Assembly (NCBI GenBank): GCA_032718475.1
Contig: JAUCBJ010007569.1
Coordinates: forward strand, 1-64,000
Direction: 5' to 3'
Length of the DNA: 64,000 nucleotides
Source of the DNA: Nemertoderma westbladi
Taxonomy: Eukaryota; Animalia; Xenacoelomorpha
Shown here: one piece after another, positions 12,701-23,929 of the stretch
Layout of the letters: each line of letters begins with the position of its first letter
Position numbering within the stretch: the stretch's first letter is position 1
Made by a program: the position numbers and the translations under genes
The notes under the pieces: generated by a model
The model's database searches: none
Seen by the model: only the letters and a program-made list of their open reading frames with translations
Told to the model about the DNA's origin: nothing

Positions 12701-14332
12701 CTATTGATGTTACTATCTATAGGGGTTTCCCTATTACTACTGTAGCAGTGTAGATGTGTTTAGGCTCCACACCTTACGCATTATTAGATACGGACCTAGA
12801 AGGTTTTAAGATAGTTACAGGAGGGCATATATCTTTCTGAAGCTCGATTTTTTGCAGCTCGATTCACTGTTCTCTTACAGAACTCTTTAAGGATTGTACA
12901 CAGATTATATCAGATCACAGGAATTATTTCATTTCACTGTATTGCAGTGATAAAGCAATAGGCTTAGTTTATATTGTCAGACCTAGATCGTATATAACAG
13001 GCCTATAATAAGTTTAATAAATTGAAATAAAGTTATTTATTTATTTATAAAGTTTTAGTCAGTATTGAATTAGATGTTATTATTTCTGAGGTCAGAAGTT
13101 ACAATAATGATAAGTTATTACTCCTACTGTAATGGAGAGTTATTAAGGACACTAAATAATAATATTTCTACAGAAGTTACTTATTTCTACTAATTACTTA
13201 CGTATATACGAACGTACGAATCAGAGTTGAGATTGCACAATCTCTAAATAAACAATAAACGAAAGTTACACAGACAATTTTAGGGGAATTTTACAAGATC
13301 TTTAATAACCAGAAATTTAGAAATTCCTGGCTTTACGGGGGAATTACGGAATTTTGAAACTAATAAAGCAGCATTCAATAATTTGCGCTGTCCAGATAAG
13401 GAAATGCCACCATCTGATGGCTTATAGTCTACACTATAAACAAACGTACCCAGAGTGTCCTATAACTAGAGGTCAATTATCGTAGCCTACGCTAACGGAC
13501 CTATTAACCACTTTACAACATAAAATATAGTCTACACACTAAATTAAATTTCAGGAAAGTGTTGTACTCTAAACCCTAGATTAGATACCAACACTTATAC
13601 AACAGGTAACTCGCAGTTAAATATACTTGAAAAGAACCCTAGCATCTACCAGAGTGACCAGAGTATTTTGACTTACTTACTTCAATGCTAAATAAACCAA
13701 TGGCCAACCTACGCCAAGCTGTCCTAAAGTAGTACCAGGGTTAATTTAACTATTACGGTATGTACAACTAGCAGAATCACTGTAGGAAAAAACTTGGGGA
13801 CATGAATGTTGTATATTACTAGCATAAACTCTGAATAATAAATATCACGCTACCTGTACAGATTATTTTACACAAAACGCAAACCAAACAATGACAGACT
13901 ACCACTAAAGCTAAAATAAAAAACAGTAGATGAAGATCCCGAAACCGTTGGTATAGTATGCGCTCTCAATTCAGTTGGCAACTTACTCTTAGTAGAGGAT
14001 TTACCTTATAGCGCTTGAAGCCTCTACTTTCCAACTGTACTTTATTGGACAAATAACCTACACCACTGTAATTTACTTCAAAACTGTAGTTTAGCCTACG
14101 AATTACTTTCACAATCTGAGCAGGACTACACACCTTCTGCTCAATACTATACTTACAGATAAACAAAGCTGACAGAACTAAGTAAAACTAGATAAGAAAA
14201 AAAGGGTGATCAAACCCAAATCTCTTAAATAGCCTACTTGTATACAACTAAATCTCAATCGAATTAAAACTGCAATGTGGTACCGGACCAGAACCACTAG
14301 GCCTACTTCTTGATTTACTGTTCCACCAGAGC
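9755..14332 (-). mobile_element. BEL/Pao element A, decayed (leader, gag fragment, protease, RT); continues at 25253-25360 beyond element B
   Basis: Fragmented ORFs: KFNGDVLKWLPFNEYYKD, ALRDSGSTGTFI, YYLTHHYVPKPGKP, DIYMDDSL; collinear with and homologous to element C. Confidence 0.9.
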
Positions 14333-14337
14333 AGCAA

Positions 14338-14861
14338 TGTGACGGGATCCAGGAGGGATCCCGGTTTATCCGGTGTTAGTTCACGCGTCCCCGCCGTGTG
14401 TGAAGAGTAAATGGGTTCGTGTCGTTCATTGTATATAATGATCGGTATAAAGATATAGATATAGATTGTTGTACACGGAAGGCGGGATACGGTAACTAAA
14501 GTCCCGGTCCTTCCCTAGCTAAACTATCTAACCTAAACTAGCACCAATATTGCACTGAGATTACTGAACTGATATGATTACTGCCAAGTGGCTATATTGC
14601 ACGGTTGGCCTTGTTACTCTACCTAATCGATGCCTTTCCCCCCTCTGATTGGTTGATACCCTTGTTGGCGCCCTTTGGAGTGTTCCCGTTCACTCCACCT
14701 GTTCTCTCTGGGTTAGGGGTTTGGCCCCTGACCCTCATTGTGTGTTTCCTTCCCATTCTTATTGGGGTGGCACGAGTTGGTTAATTACCCAATCTCGTGG
14801 CTCCCAATATTGCTTATCGGCTTAACTTTATGGGGTGTTAGCGGGATTGAATAAGCTAACA
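14338..14861 (-). repeat. 3' LTR of element B
   Basis: Direct repeat of 24724-25247; only two substitutions noticed by eye. Confidence 0.97.
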
Positions 14862-15575
14862 CTCCCCCCCATGCTATCTTCCCGGTAAGAAGATAGCATC
14901 AACCAAAAAAGTGCGCTACAATCCCGCTGGATCCCGATCTAGTATCGGGTGTGGGGTGGAATTCTTTTCTCTCGGAGCCGGCTTTCCAGGCCGCTCCCTA
15001 TGGGTATGATAACGCTACCCTGTATGCCTGGCGTCTCATGTCGGGCCGATCGCGCTCACCTCTCACGCAACTTTTGTTTCCCCAACACTTTCGCCCTATC
15101 TCTTCTCCACTCTCACCCTAACTCTCGCATACACTCGGACCTCCTCGTCCCTCACTCAGCCTCTTATTCTCCCCCCCACACACTAGAATTGCGTCCGCAC
15201 TCTCTCTGCACTTCGCTCTATTACTCCGTCCCTCAACCCCACTTTGACTACCTCATTCCTCCTGACGAATCTCCCCCCCCCCCCCTCTTGTGCCGTCGCA
15301 CTCAAGAAGTGTGAAATTGTCTGGTGTCTCGTCCATAGTGCCATAGTCAGTTTACCCCCCAGTCCCAGTAGCTAATTGAGAAAGGTTGTATGACTATAGT
15401 ACTTACTCCGAACGTATATTTGTAGATTACTAATTACTACGTACGTACATACGAATTGCACTTATATGATTATTTGCATTAATTAGATTTGTACTTAATA
15501 GTTCGTACATCTCACGCGGCGCCTTCCAGGCGTACCACGTCCAAGTCCCAGTCTCTCTCCCTCGGCTCTGGGAAC

Positions 15576-17602
15576 CTATCTGTTCCTCTGGGGATAGTTC
15601 CCCCTGGCGTCCTCTTCCCTGGGTCGTTTCTTGGTTACCACCGTTCCTCTGGGATCCGCTTTCTGCTTTCGGACCTTCGCCGCCACCTCCCTGCTGATCC
15701 CGGTTGTTGGCTCCTTGGGCGCTGGTGTTATTAGTGCCCGATATCGCTTCGCCGGTGGCCCCTCAGAGTGGCCCGGTTGTCTCCCTCTGGTGGCGTCCCA
15801 TAGGATCATCTTCATTGCTTGTGGTACGTGCTCCGCCAAGAAATCCCTAAACTCCCTTCGGTTCTGTGGCGTCCACCTGTCCAAATATCTTTGCGTGTTC
15901 ATCACTCCGGCGTACGACGCCGCCGTAGCTACCTCTTGGTAGGTAAACGGTAGCCTCCGCTTTATGATTTCCATGTGAGTCTCCTGATTGATAAGGAAGA
16001 AACCCCACTTGAACTCCTGGGCCTTCATGCGCTGGCGCATCATGGCCCCGACGTCGGCCCACTCCTCGAATCTTGCGAACTTCTCCTCGTCGTCCATCCA
16101 GTCGCACTGGCGTCCGTAGTGTCCCCGAAAGTGGCACTTTGGACATCGGTTATGCAACCGTGGACACGCCCCCATCCTGTGGCTTGGCTCTCGGCAGTGG
16201 AGACAAAAGGTTCCCTTCTGGAACCGGTACAAGCAGCTCCTTTCCTGGTGGGTCTGTCTCCCACAGTAGTCGCAGCCGAGTACCAATGTCTCCCGTCCCA
16301 CCTCGTCTTTCGTCCCAAGTGATCTCCGCGGTCTGTGGAGTCGCTGGTAGGCGAATTTCTCCACGTTAGTGTCTCTATCTACGTCGATTTCTCCGCCCCT
16401 CTCGGGCATCGTCTCCCCGAATACTACCCGTGGTGCCGTCCCCGGTTGCTCGCCCAACCTGATAGTGCTCCCCGCGAAATCCATCGCCGGCTCCTCGTGC
16501 ACCCAGGTCCGCTTGCCGGATCTGTTCCAGAAGGCCCTCGCCCCACTGGCCGTCACCACCCTCCCGCCAACCCAGTCCGTGTCCGAGTGGCCTATCCTCT
16601 CGATGGGCGGCATCTCTCTGAACTCGTCGTCGTCCTCCTCCTCCTCTGGCAGTGACTCCAACCCCGGTATCCCGATGGATCCACTATGTCCCTTCCCGCC
16701 TTGGCTCTCACCCGTAGCTCTCCATCCTTCTAACTCCCTTAACTTCCTTGGCGGTTGGTCGCCTTCGGCGCCCGCTGGTATGGGCATCGCTTGTAACCCC
16801 GACGTCGACTGTCTCGGCGATCCCACCGTCCATCCCAGTTCTCGCCCTAGAGACTCCCCCGAACTCCCTGACGAAGTCCAATGAAGCTCGTCTAAGCCTG
16901 CCTGTTCCTCGAAGCCGTAACTCTGTGTCCTGGCCTCCTCTTCCCTCTCCTCTGCTTCTATCCTCTCCCGTCTGGCGACTTCTTCCAGTCGCTTTGCTTC
17001 TCGTCTATCCGTTTCTAGCTCCCATCTCTGATACGGCGTATCTGTCTCCCCGTCTACCAGATGTCGGCTGTCAGGTGTCGGCCAGACACCGACTCACCCT
17101 TCAGCCCCGGGTGGTCTACCAGACCGTCGAAGGCTGTTTTAAAGGCTCTCCTGTAGCTTAGGGGTGATCCCGATAACAGAAATGCCCCTGGTTCCCTCTT
17201 GATGACCACGGTCATAAATAAGTTAAGCAAACTTATCATCATCCAATCTTCCTGCAGGATATATCGCTTCTGATATACCTTTATCGCTCCTCTGCGGAAT
17301 TGATATACCTCTTGCTTTCCCGGTCTTGCTCCCCACTTTAGCGAGTTCGCTAGTTCTGCTCCGTATTCTTCCCTGAACTTCCCCCAGTCCATCGGTTTGT
17401 GGCATACGAGCCCCAATAGCTGGCCCATTGCCACCGCCCCGCATTGGCCTGTGTTTCCGACTACCCCCAACCCATCCGGTGCCGTCATAGCCATAAAGAC
17501 CTTCTGCATATCCAGGAGGTTGGTGGCGTCCGGACCGATGATTCTCTCCGCATCCTCGCGAATCGCCGATCCCACTTTCGTCGTCGACTTCTCTCTTACC
17601 AA
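15576..17602 (-). CDS. Element B ORF3 (5'-truncated, one frameshift near 17056): possible OTU-like region, E/R-rich coil, acidic patch, three CCHC zinc knuckles, basic tail
   Basis: CDYCGRQTHQERSC, CLHCREPSHRMGAC and CPKCHFRGHYGRQC; the frame of ORF 15576..16826 stays open upstream to about 17057, where it meets ORF 17054..17602. Confidence 0.7.
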
Positions 17603-19479
17603 GACTTGTACCGCTTTCGGTAACCGGTTTTCTCATACTTTCTCATCGGCGGCCAGGCCTCCTTATCGCTCAGAAATTGTGGCCCATGTTGCCACAATAC
17701 TTCCTTCTTCAAGAAAGTGTGGCGTACCACGCCCCTCGACAACAAGTCCACTGGGTTCTCGTCCGTTGGGCAGTAGTGCCACCTTTCCAGTTCTGTGCTC
17801 GCCCTTATTTCGTCCACTCTATTCGCGACGAATATCGGGTATCTCGTCCTTTCGTTGTGTAGCCAACCAAGCACTACCATGGAGTCCGTCCAGTAGTGTG
17901 TCTCTACTATGTTGGGAATAGTATCCACTAGGTAGGCTGTGGCTCTAACTCCTAGTCTCGCAGCTGTCAATTCTAACTTGGGAACTGATGCTGAATCTGG
18001 CGGCATTGACTTTGCTTTGCTAAAGGCTAGTCTGGGCTTATGAGCCCCCTCTCGTTGTACTAAGTAGAGTGCCGCTCCGTACGCTTCCAACGACGCGTCG
18101 GAGAACATGTGTAGGTCCAGATTCATCATGTTCCCATCCGGGAAATACACTCGTGGCATGTTGTATGTTCCCATCTCCTCCAAGTCTCCTGTCCACTTGC
18201 TCCACTGTTTCTTGATTTCCTCTGGTACCTCTACGTCCCACTCATCCTTCAATTTGTATACTCTTTTGAGTATCTGTTTCCCCGTGACTAATAATGGGGA
18301 TGCTAGGCCTAGGGGATCGTATATCCTTGCTATATATGATACATAGCCCCTCTTCGTGTGGATGTCTGCGCCCTCCTGGCTCAGCTGATACTTCAGTTCG
18401 TCTGTCTCTCTGTTCCACACGATTCCCAGTGCCTTCTGTTGGGATTCTGTTCTCTTAATCGCCATGTCCTGCCCTTTGGCTGTTGTGGGATTATCCATGG
18501 TCGATTCTGGCCTCTTGTCCTCTATCGCCTTGATAAATTCTTCCGAACTGGATTGGAATTTGGTCAGGTTAAAGCCGGATCCTTTTAGGATGTCGCGAAC
18601 CTCGCGCCCTGTGTCCAGTATCTCCTTAACCGTATTTCCAAACTCCATTCCGTCGTCTACGTAGAAGCCGCGTCGAATCATATCAACGGCCCTACTGCTG
18701 TATCTATCTTCCTTCCCTTTCACTGTGTCTCTCACTGCCATAGTCGTCGTAAATGAAGACGACTTGGCCCCCATGTTCTGTACTACCATCTTATATGCCG
18801 GTATTATCGAGGGTTCTTCCTCGCTGTTATACCATAAGAAGCGTTGACTGTCGCTATCTTCTTCCGTTACACGGACTTGGTTGAACATGCCTTCTATGTC
18901 ACACGTGAAGGCGTGTTTCCCATTTCTAAATCTAAGTAACACCTCTATGCCCGAATTGTATATGTTTGGGCCTTCTAACAGGTAGTCGTTTAAGCATTTT
19001 CCGTCGGTCTTTGCCGATGCGTCGACTACCATCCGTAGTTTACCTTTCTTTGGGTCTAAAGCCACGTGTAGTGGCAGGTAATATGTCCTGTCCGTGTTCG
19101 GCTCGTCGACCGGTAACTCCACGGCCCATCCTTTCTCGACGTACTTCTTAATCGTTCTGTGGATGTACCCATTCTTCTCGGGGCTCCGTTTTAGTGTTTG
19201 TTTCAGCTTGCGGAGTCTCGTGATTACCATCCCTCTATTGTCGGGCAGCGGTATCTTCGGTAGTTTCCATACCATTCCTATAGTATACCGCCCCTCATTG
19301 CATGTCATCGATTCCTCCACGCTTTGTAAAGCCTGCTTGTCTTCTACCGAGGTCCCGACCCCGGTTTCTTTCAGTCCCTCGAAGTCCTGTCTGAGCAGTC
19401 TTCTAAGCTGCTCCTCTGCTCCCTCGTCACCCATTTCCTGCGTTGTTCCCGCGAACATGCATCCTGATGTCTCCGACAT
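17596..19479 (-). CDS. Element B pol: reverse transcriptase and BEL-type RNase H, ending before integrase
   Basis: YYLPLH, KLRMVVDAS, DIEGMFNQV, FYVDDG, YDPLG, LHMFSDAS..AYG, PKLELTAA, WTDS, NPVDLLSRG. Confidence 0.92.
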   Translation of the reverse strand: MSETSGCMFAGTTQEMGDEGAEEQLRRLLRQDFEGLKETGVGTSVEDKQALQSVEESMTCNEGRYTIGMVWKLPKIPLPDNRGMVITRLRKLKQTLKRSPEKNGYIHRTIKKYVEKGWAVELPVDEPNTDRTYYLPLHVALDPKKGKLRMVVDASAKTDGKCLNDYLLEGPNIYNSGIEVLLRFRNGKHAFTCDIEGMFNQVRVTEEDSDSQRFLWYNSEEEPSIIPAYKMVVQNMGAKSSSFTTTMAVRDTVKGKEDRYSSRAVDMIRRGFYVDDGMEFGNTVKEILDTGREVRDILKGSGFNLTKFQSSSEEFIKAIEDKRPESTMDNPTTAKGQDMAIKRTESQQKALGIVWNRETDELKYQLSQEGADIHTKRGYVSYIARIYDPLGLASPLLVTGKQILKRVYKLKDEWDVEVPEEIKKQWSKWTGDLEEMGTYNMPRVYFPDGNMMNLDLHMFSDASLEAYGAALYLVQREGAHKPRLAFSKAKSMPPDSASVPKLELTAARLGVRATAYLVDTIPNIVETHYWTDSMVVLGWLHNERTRYPIFVANRVDEIRASTELERWHYCPTDENPVDLLSRGVVRHTFLKKEVLWQHGPQFLSDKEAWPPMRKYEKTGYRKRYKSW

Positions 19480-19545
19480 CCCAAATGGTATCTTACTTTT
19501 GATTGGACCACTCAGTGTCCACCCGAATGGTGTTAATATCGCTGC

Positions 19546-21423
19546 TTAACTGTAATAACACTGCTTGTCTTCGCCGAAGACCGTTTGCATTCTTTCGTGG
19601 GCCGTTGGGCAGTCCATCTCTACTATGATGGATACCTTCCTAACGTCCACGTCTGGGATTGAGAAGTCAATGTCGTCCAGGAATTTATACTGCTCGACCT
19701 CGATGTTGGTTGGCCGCCTGGCATTGATATTAATTGACTCTATCACTTGGATGGGGTCGATGGTTGCCCCATAGTCGCATCCTGGTGCCACTGCTGCAAT
19801 TGCGCACCGTCCTGTTCTCATCTCCAGGATCTCATCTTTGCTAGAGATGGTTGTTACCGCCATTCTGCTTGGCCTCGTTCTCAATCCTATCTCTTCGGCC
19901 ACCCATTCCTCGACTAATGTGAAGGCAGCTCCACTATCAACCAGCATTAGTGTTGTTACTGATCGATTGCCTTCCCCAATCACTCGCACGGGTACTACTC
20001 CAAGTAACACCGTTCCTCTCTTCTTCGCCCCTACTGTGCTCGTCGCCATCGTTTGGCCTCTCCTCTGACCAAATTTTATCGGCTTCTCCTTGCACTCCCT
20101 TGCTCTATGTCCACTCATTACACATCGCGAGCAGATTTTGTTGTTCAACGCATAATCTATCTGATCTTGCCTAGGTAGCGCCTGCCAGTACCTGCAGTTC
20201 ATGGTTTGATGAAGCGCATTTGCGTGTAGCTGGCATTTGCTCTTTGGGTCGTAGCCCTCTTTATACAGCGCATTGCGTATCGCAGTTGCGTTCGTACCAA
20301 AGTCCCTACTATTCTTATTGTTTGGATTCGGCCTAGTGGACGTACTGGGGTTATGTTTGTTCGTGTTGTTATTGTTTCCCTGTCCGTTCCATGGTGTTGT
20401 CTTATCTTCGGCTAGCTGTGGACTTGCAGTCCCCTGCGTCGCTGCATATGGCAATGATTGCCTGAGTCTCGGTAATGCGTTTGATGTATTGTGCTCTGGT
20501 TTCGGTCTATGGTAATCCGTCTTCGGTCCCTTTCCCAGGCTATCTTCGCTATAGACGGGGTCAGTTATTAGCTCAGCCTCGTAGTTTAAGAAGTTTGACA
20601 TTTCTTCTAAACCCGGTTCCGCACCCTTCTTATCTCGAGTGGAGAAAGCGATCTTCCTCCACTTGTTGCGCAGCCAGTTTGGTAGTGCCTGCGCTATCGT
20701 GGTGATGTTATTGGACGCATTGAGCTCGTATGGCGCGTCTAGCGTCTTCAGCACAATTAGCGCCTTTTCGACTTTGTTAGCGAACGTCTTAATGCTAACG
20801 GGATTATCCTGTAGGCCACCCGATGTTATGCCTCTCAGCGTCTGCCTGATGATCTTGGCCGGGTGCCCGTATTCCCTATCCAGTGCCCGCCATGCTGTCG
20901 TGAAGCCGCCCTCTATTCCTTGATATTGCCTCACGATATCGTATGCTGGGCCTCCCGTGTATACTTGCAGATACTTTAGGCACTCCGCCTGCGTCAAGTT
21001 TTTTGTTAGTATTTCGTTACTATACATGCGCCGAAACTGTAGGTATTCTTCCGGCCTGCTCCCATCGAATTTGAATGGTTCCACGGGTGGTAGCTCGATC
21101 CTCGTTTTCAAAGCATCGATCAACGTGGCCATCCCCATCGCCTGTGCTTCCAATGGGTTCGACGGATGTTGTGTAGTTTCTCCTGTCTGGTGCGGTTCGT
21201 CCGTCCTATTTCTTGACTTTCTCTGACTTGGGTATGTCATCGGGGGTAGCGGCCCCCTCCATATGTCTGTATCACACGACCTGTTCTCATCCAAGGGTCT
21301 CGTTGTTCTTGCTCCTATCGGGGTATATTGTTGATATTGTGATGGGGGAATGTCACCCTGTCCCCCCCCCCCACCGGTATGTTTGGTACTGGGGTTGATG
21401 TTAATATGTTGGGACCCATACAC
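19546..21423 (-). CDS. Element B gag core, zinc knuckles and aspartic protease (frameshifted relative to RT)
   Basis: FKFDGSRPEEY..F, YLQVYTGGPA, LPNWLRNKW, CSRCVMSGHRAREC, MLVDSGAAFTLV. Confidence 0.88.
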   Translation of the reverse strand: MYGSQHININPSTKHTGGGGGQGDIPPSQYQQYTPIGARTTRPLDENRSCDTDIWRGPLPPMTYPSQRKSRNRTDEPHQTGETTQHPSNPLEAQAMGMATLIDALKTRIELPPVEPFKFDGSRPEEYLQFRRMYSNEILTKNLTQAECLKYLQVYTGGPAYDIVRQYQGIEGGFTTAWRALDREYGHPAKIIRQTLRGITSGGLQDNPVSIKTFANKVEKALIVLKTLDAPYELNASNNITTIAQALPNWLRNKWRKIAFSTRDKKGAEPGLEEMSNFLNYEAELITDPVYSEDSLGKGPKTDYHRPKPEHNTSNALPRLRQSLPYAATQGTASPQLAEDKTTPWNGQGNNNNTNKHNPSTSTRPNPNNKNSRDFGTNATAIRNALYKEGYDPKSKCQLHANALHQTMNCRYWQALPRQDQIDYALNNKICSRCVMSGHRARECKEKPIKFGQRRGQTMATSTVGAKKRGTVLLGVVPVRVIGEGNRSVTTLMLVDSGAAFTLVEEWVAEEIGLRTRPSRMAVTTISSKDEILEMRTGRCAIAAVAPGCDYGATIDPIQVIESININARRPTNIEVEQYKFLDDIDFSIPDVDVRKVSIIVEMDCPTAHERMQTVFGEDKQCYYS

Positions 21424-22189
21424 CTATCCGCAATAATTCCCCCCTCCCCTGGGTATATGTTATGTCCCTGCATGCTGTAGTCATACTGCTGTACTGGTAC
21501 CGGTATAGGCCTATCAGCTTCTGGCCTACCCGCCGGTATATATTCCGCGACTTCCGGGTTTAATCCCGTTGTCCACGCTACATTGCCTCTCTCAGTATGG
21601 CCTATGGTATGTGCAGTAAGGCCTACGGTATGTCCTACAGTCTGCATGTGTCGCTCGAGATCGAAGTTTATTCTTCTCGAATAATCTTCCCCGCGGCTAC
21701 CGTATTCTCGATTGATAGGTGTATTCTGTCGGAAAGTTTCTCTTCGACCCCCCCCCTCTACTGTTCTCGTCTTCGTACCGGTACATCGCGTACCCCTCCA
21801 TCGGCGCGTAGTGCGCCTCGCCGCGTCGCATCTCTCCGGGGCGACGGCAATCTCCCGGAGTCCGACCCCACTGACTCTCCGTTCTCATCTCAACTACCGA
21901 CGGCTCGCTATCCGTCCTCGCTCTTCTATCGTTCGTGGCGATACCTCTACTGCTGTCTTCTCTTCTTCTCCTTTCAGTGGAGTATTCCCGCTCGTGAGAT
22001 CTCTCCTCGACCTCCCGGTTAAACCCCACTGTTTTTCTTCCCTCTTCTGATCGGGCTCGACGCTTCGTCCGCCCTCTTACGACGTCAACCTGTCTCTCTC
22101 TGCTTGGTCGCACGCCGCTGGGGATACTCACAATCCCCCTATTACTTTCCGTCGCCGGGTGTTGCGGTTTACCTATTTCGGCCCGCGCA

Positions 22190-23929
22190 TTATCCGCTGA
22201 CGGCTGTGGGACACTCTCTGCCCCCCCTTTCGCCGCTAACTCGCTGTTGTGGGGCCCCTGTAGCCCCCCCCCACTCGCCACATCTAATTTCGCCATCTCT
22301 CACCCCGCTACTATATCCCTCTCTAGTCGACACATCAACCCTACCGCGGTCGGGTCTATTCACCCCCGCCTCTCCCTCTGCTATTACGTGGCCTACCAGG
22401 CCCTCTGCTCCCTGCCTACCAACTATGTGGCCTACCAGGCCCTCGCTGGGTCTATTCAACCCAGCCACTCCCTGCCTACCAACTACGTGGCCTACCAGGC
22501 CCTCGCTGGGTCTATTCAACCCAGCCACTCCCTGCCTATCAACTGCGTGGCCTACCAGGCCCTCGCTGGGTCTACCTAATCCAGCTACTTCTTGCCTACC
22601 AACTGTGTGGCCTACCAGGCCCTCGCTGGGTCTACCTAACCCAGCTACTTCCGGCCCACCAACTGTATGACCTACCAGGCCCCCGTCTGTCTGGCTATAC
22701 ACGCCCGACGTGTTTACGCCAACAGCACCCACACTGGAAACGGAATTAATCTGCTCGCTCGGAACAAAATCATTTGAATTACTTTGCGCGACTACACTAT
22801 CTGAATTATTTTGTAAATTCGGGCTCGGATTATTATTTAAATTATTTGGATTATTTTGTGTAATTGCGTTACTTAAGTTATTTTGTATGTTCGAATTTGG
22901 GTTATTATTTTGATTATTTTGATTATTTTGTGTAGCTACATTAATATTAGAATTATTTTCTACATTAATATTAGGATTATTCTGATTTAAATTTAAATTA
23001 CTACCACTAGGCAAAGTATTTCCTGCAATAAAGGTTTGATTAGAATTATCCCATACGGTACTATTAATATTAACCACGTCTACTGTACCATTATCACCCC
23101 CCCCCCCCCCCCCCGTACTGTTACACCAGTTTTGGGTCTGTCGTGCGGTCCCTGTAAGTGGGGTGTTAATAAGTGTATCCACGGCCCCTGGCTCCCCTAA
23201 AATACTCGAGCCAGTCCCGCTCTCAGACGCCCCCGCCCGCACCAGTTGCAGCTCGCGCATGCGTCTAATCCTATGCTCCGCAAGCTCACTTTGGCGTCTC
23301 TTTAATTCTTTTCGCTCACACTCCTCCTTTGCCATTCTCTCCCTACACTCCCGTTCGCTCTGTTCGGCCAACTCTGCCACTCTCCTAACTTCCTCCCGTC
23401 GTCTTGCCCTACGCTCCTTGCGTTCCTTTTCCTCTCTCGCCTCATACTCCTTACGTTCCGCCTCCTGTCTCGCCTCACGCTCCCTGCGTTCCGCCACACG
23501 CTCCTCTTGTTCCTTTCTCTCTATTTCCTCATACTCCCTAAGGCTTCTCAAAGCCCTTTCAGCCCTCTCTCCGGTTTCTCTAATCAATACCGTTTCCCTC
23601 TCTAGCCGCATTCTCCCTTCCTCTAGCTGTTTATCCATTTCCCTCTGACCTTGCTCTATCAGGTCGAGACGGTACGCGGCACCAATCTCTCTCACCAGTC
23701 TTTCTTTTGCGGAGGATGTAGCAGACTTATCGGTTGTGACGGATTCCCTCCGCCTTCCCGTCCTACTGACCTTCCCCCGCTTCCCGGAACTTCCTCCGAC
23801 CGACGAGGCTGAATCCTCGGGGTTAACCTCGGATTCGCCCCCTTCAGGTCCCCTCCAACCCACTAATTTTACTCCCCGGGCATCGACCAAGTATGGCCCT
23901 ATGTACACTGATGCTATGCTAGGTTCCAT
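22190..23929 (-). CDS. Element B gag N-terminal extension (E/R coiled coil, N/Q-rich tract, 20-aa repeats), separated from the gag core by stops or frameshifts
   Basis: 579-aa ORF upstream of and on the same strand as the gag core; low-complexity composition. Confidence 0.65.
   Translation of the reverse strand: MEPSIASVYIGPYLVDARGVKLVGWRGPEGGESEVNPEDSASSVGGSSGKRGKVSRTGRRRESVTTDKSATSSAKERLVREIGAAYRLDLIEQGQREMDKQLEEGRMRLERETVLIRETGERAERALRSLREYEEIERKEQEERVAERREREARQEAERKEYEAREEKERKERRARRREEVRRVAELAEQSERECRERMAKEECERKELKRRQSELAEHRIRRMRELQLVRAGASESGTGSSILGEPGAVDTLINTPLTGTARQTQNWCNSTGGGGGGDNGTVDVVNINSTVWDNSNQTFIAGNTLPSGSNLNLNQNNPNINVENNSNINVATQNNQNNQNNNPNSNIQNNLSNAITQNNPNNLNNNPSPNLQNNSDSVVAQSNSNDFVPSEQINSVSSVGAVGVNTSGVYSQTDGGLVGHTVGGPEVAGLGRPSEGLVGHTVGRQEVAGLGRPSEGLVGHAVDRQGVAGLNRPSEGLVGHVVGRQGVAGLNRPSEGLVGHIVGRQGAEGLVGHVIAEGEAGVNRPDRGRVDVSTREGYSSGVRDGEIRCGEWGGATGAPQQRVSGERGGRECPTAVSG
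22385..22685 (-). repeat. 60-bp coding minisatellite (about 4.5 copies)
   Basis: GGCCTACCAGGCCCTCGCTGGGTCTA recurs every 60 nt; encodes VAGLNRPSEGLVGHVVGRQG-like units. Confidence 0.9.

Noticed and set aside
15576-16826. Envelope gene in the third-ORF position
   Set aside because: No signal peptide, transmembrane helix or fusion-protein pattern; the cysteines form CCHC knuckles.
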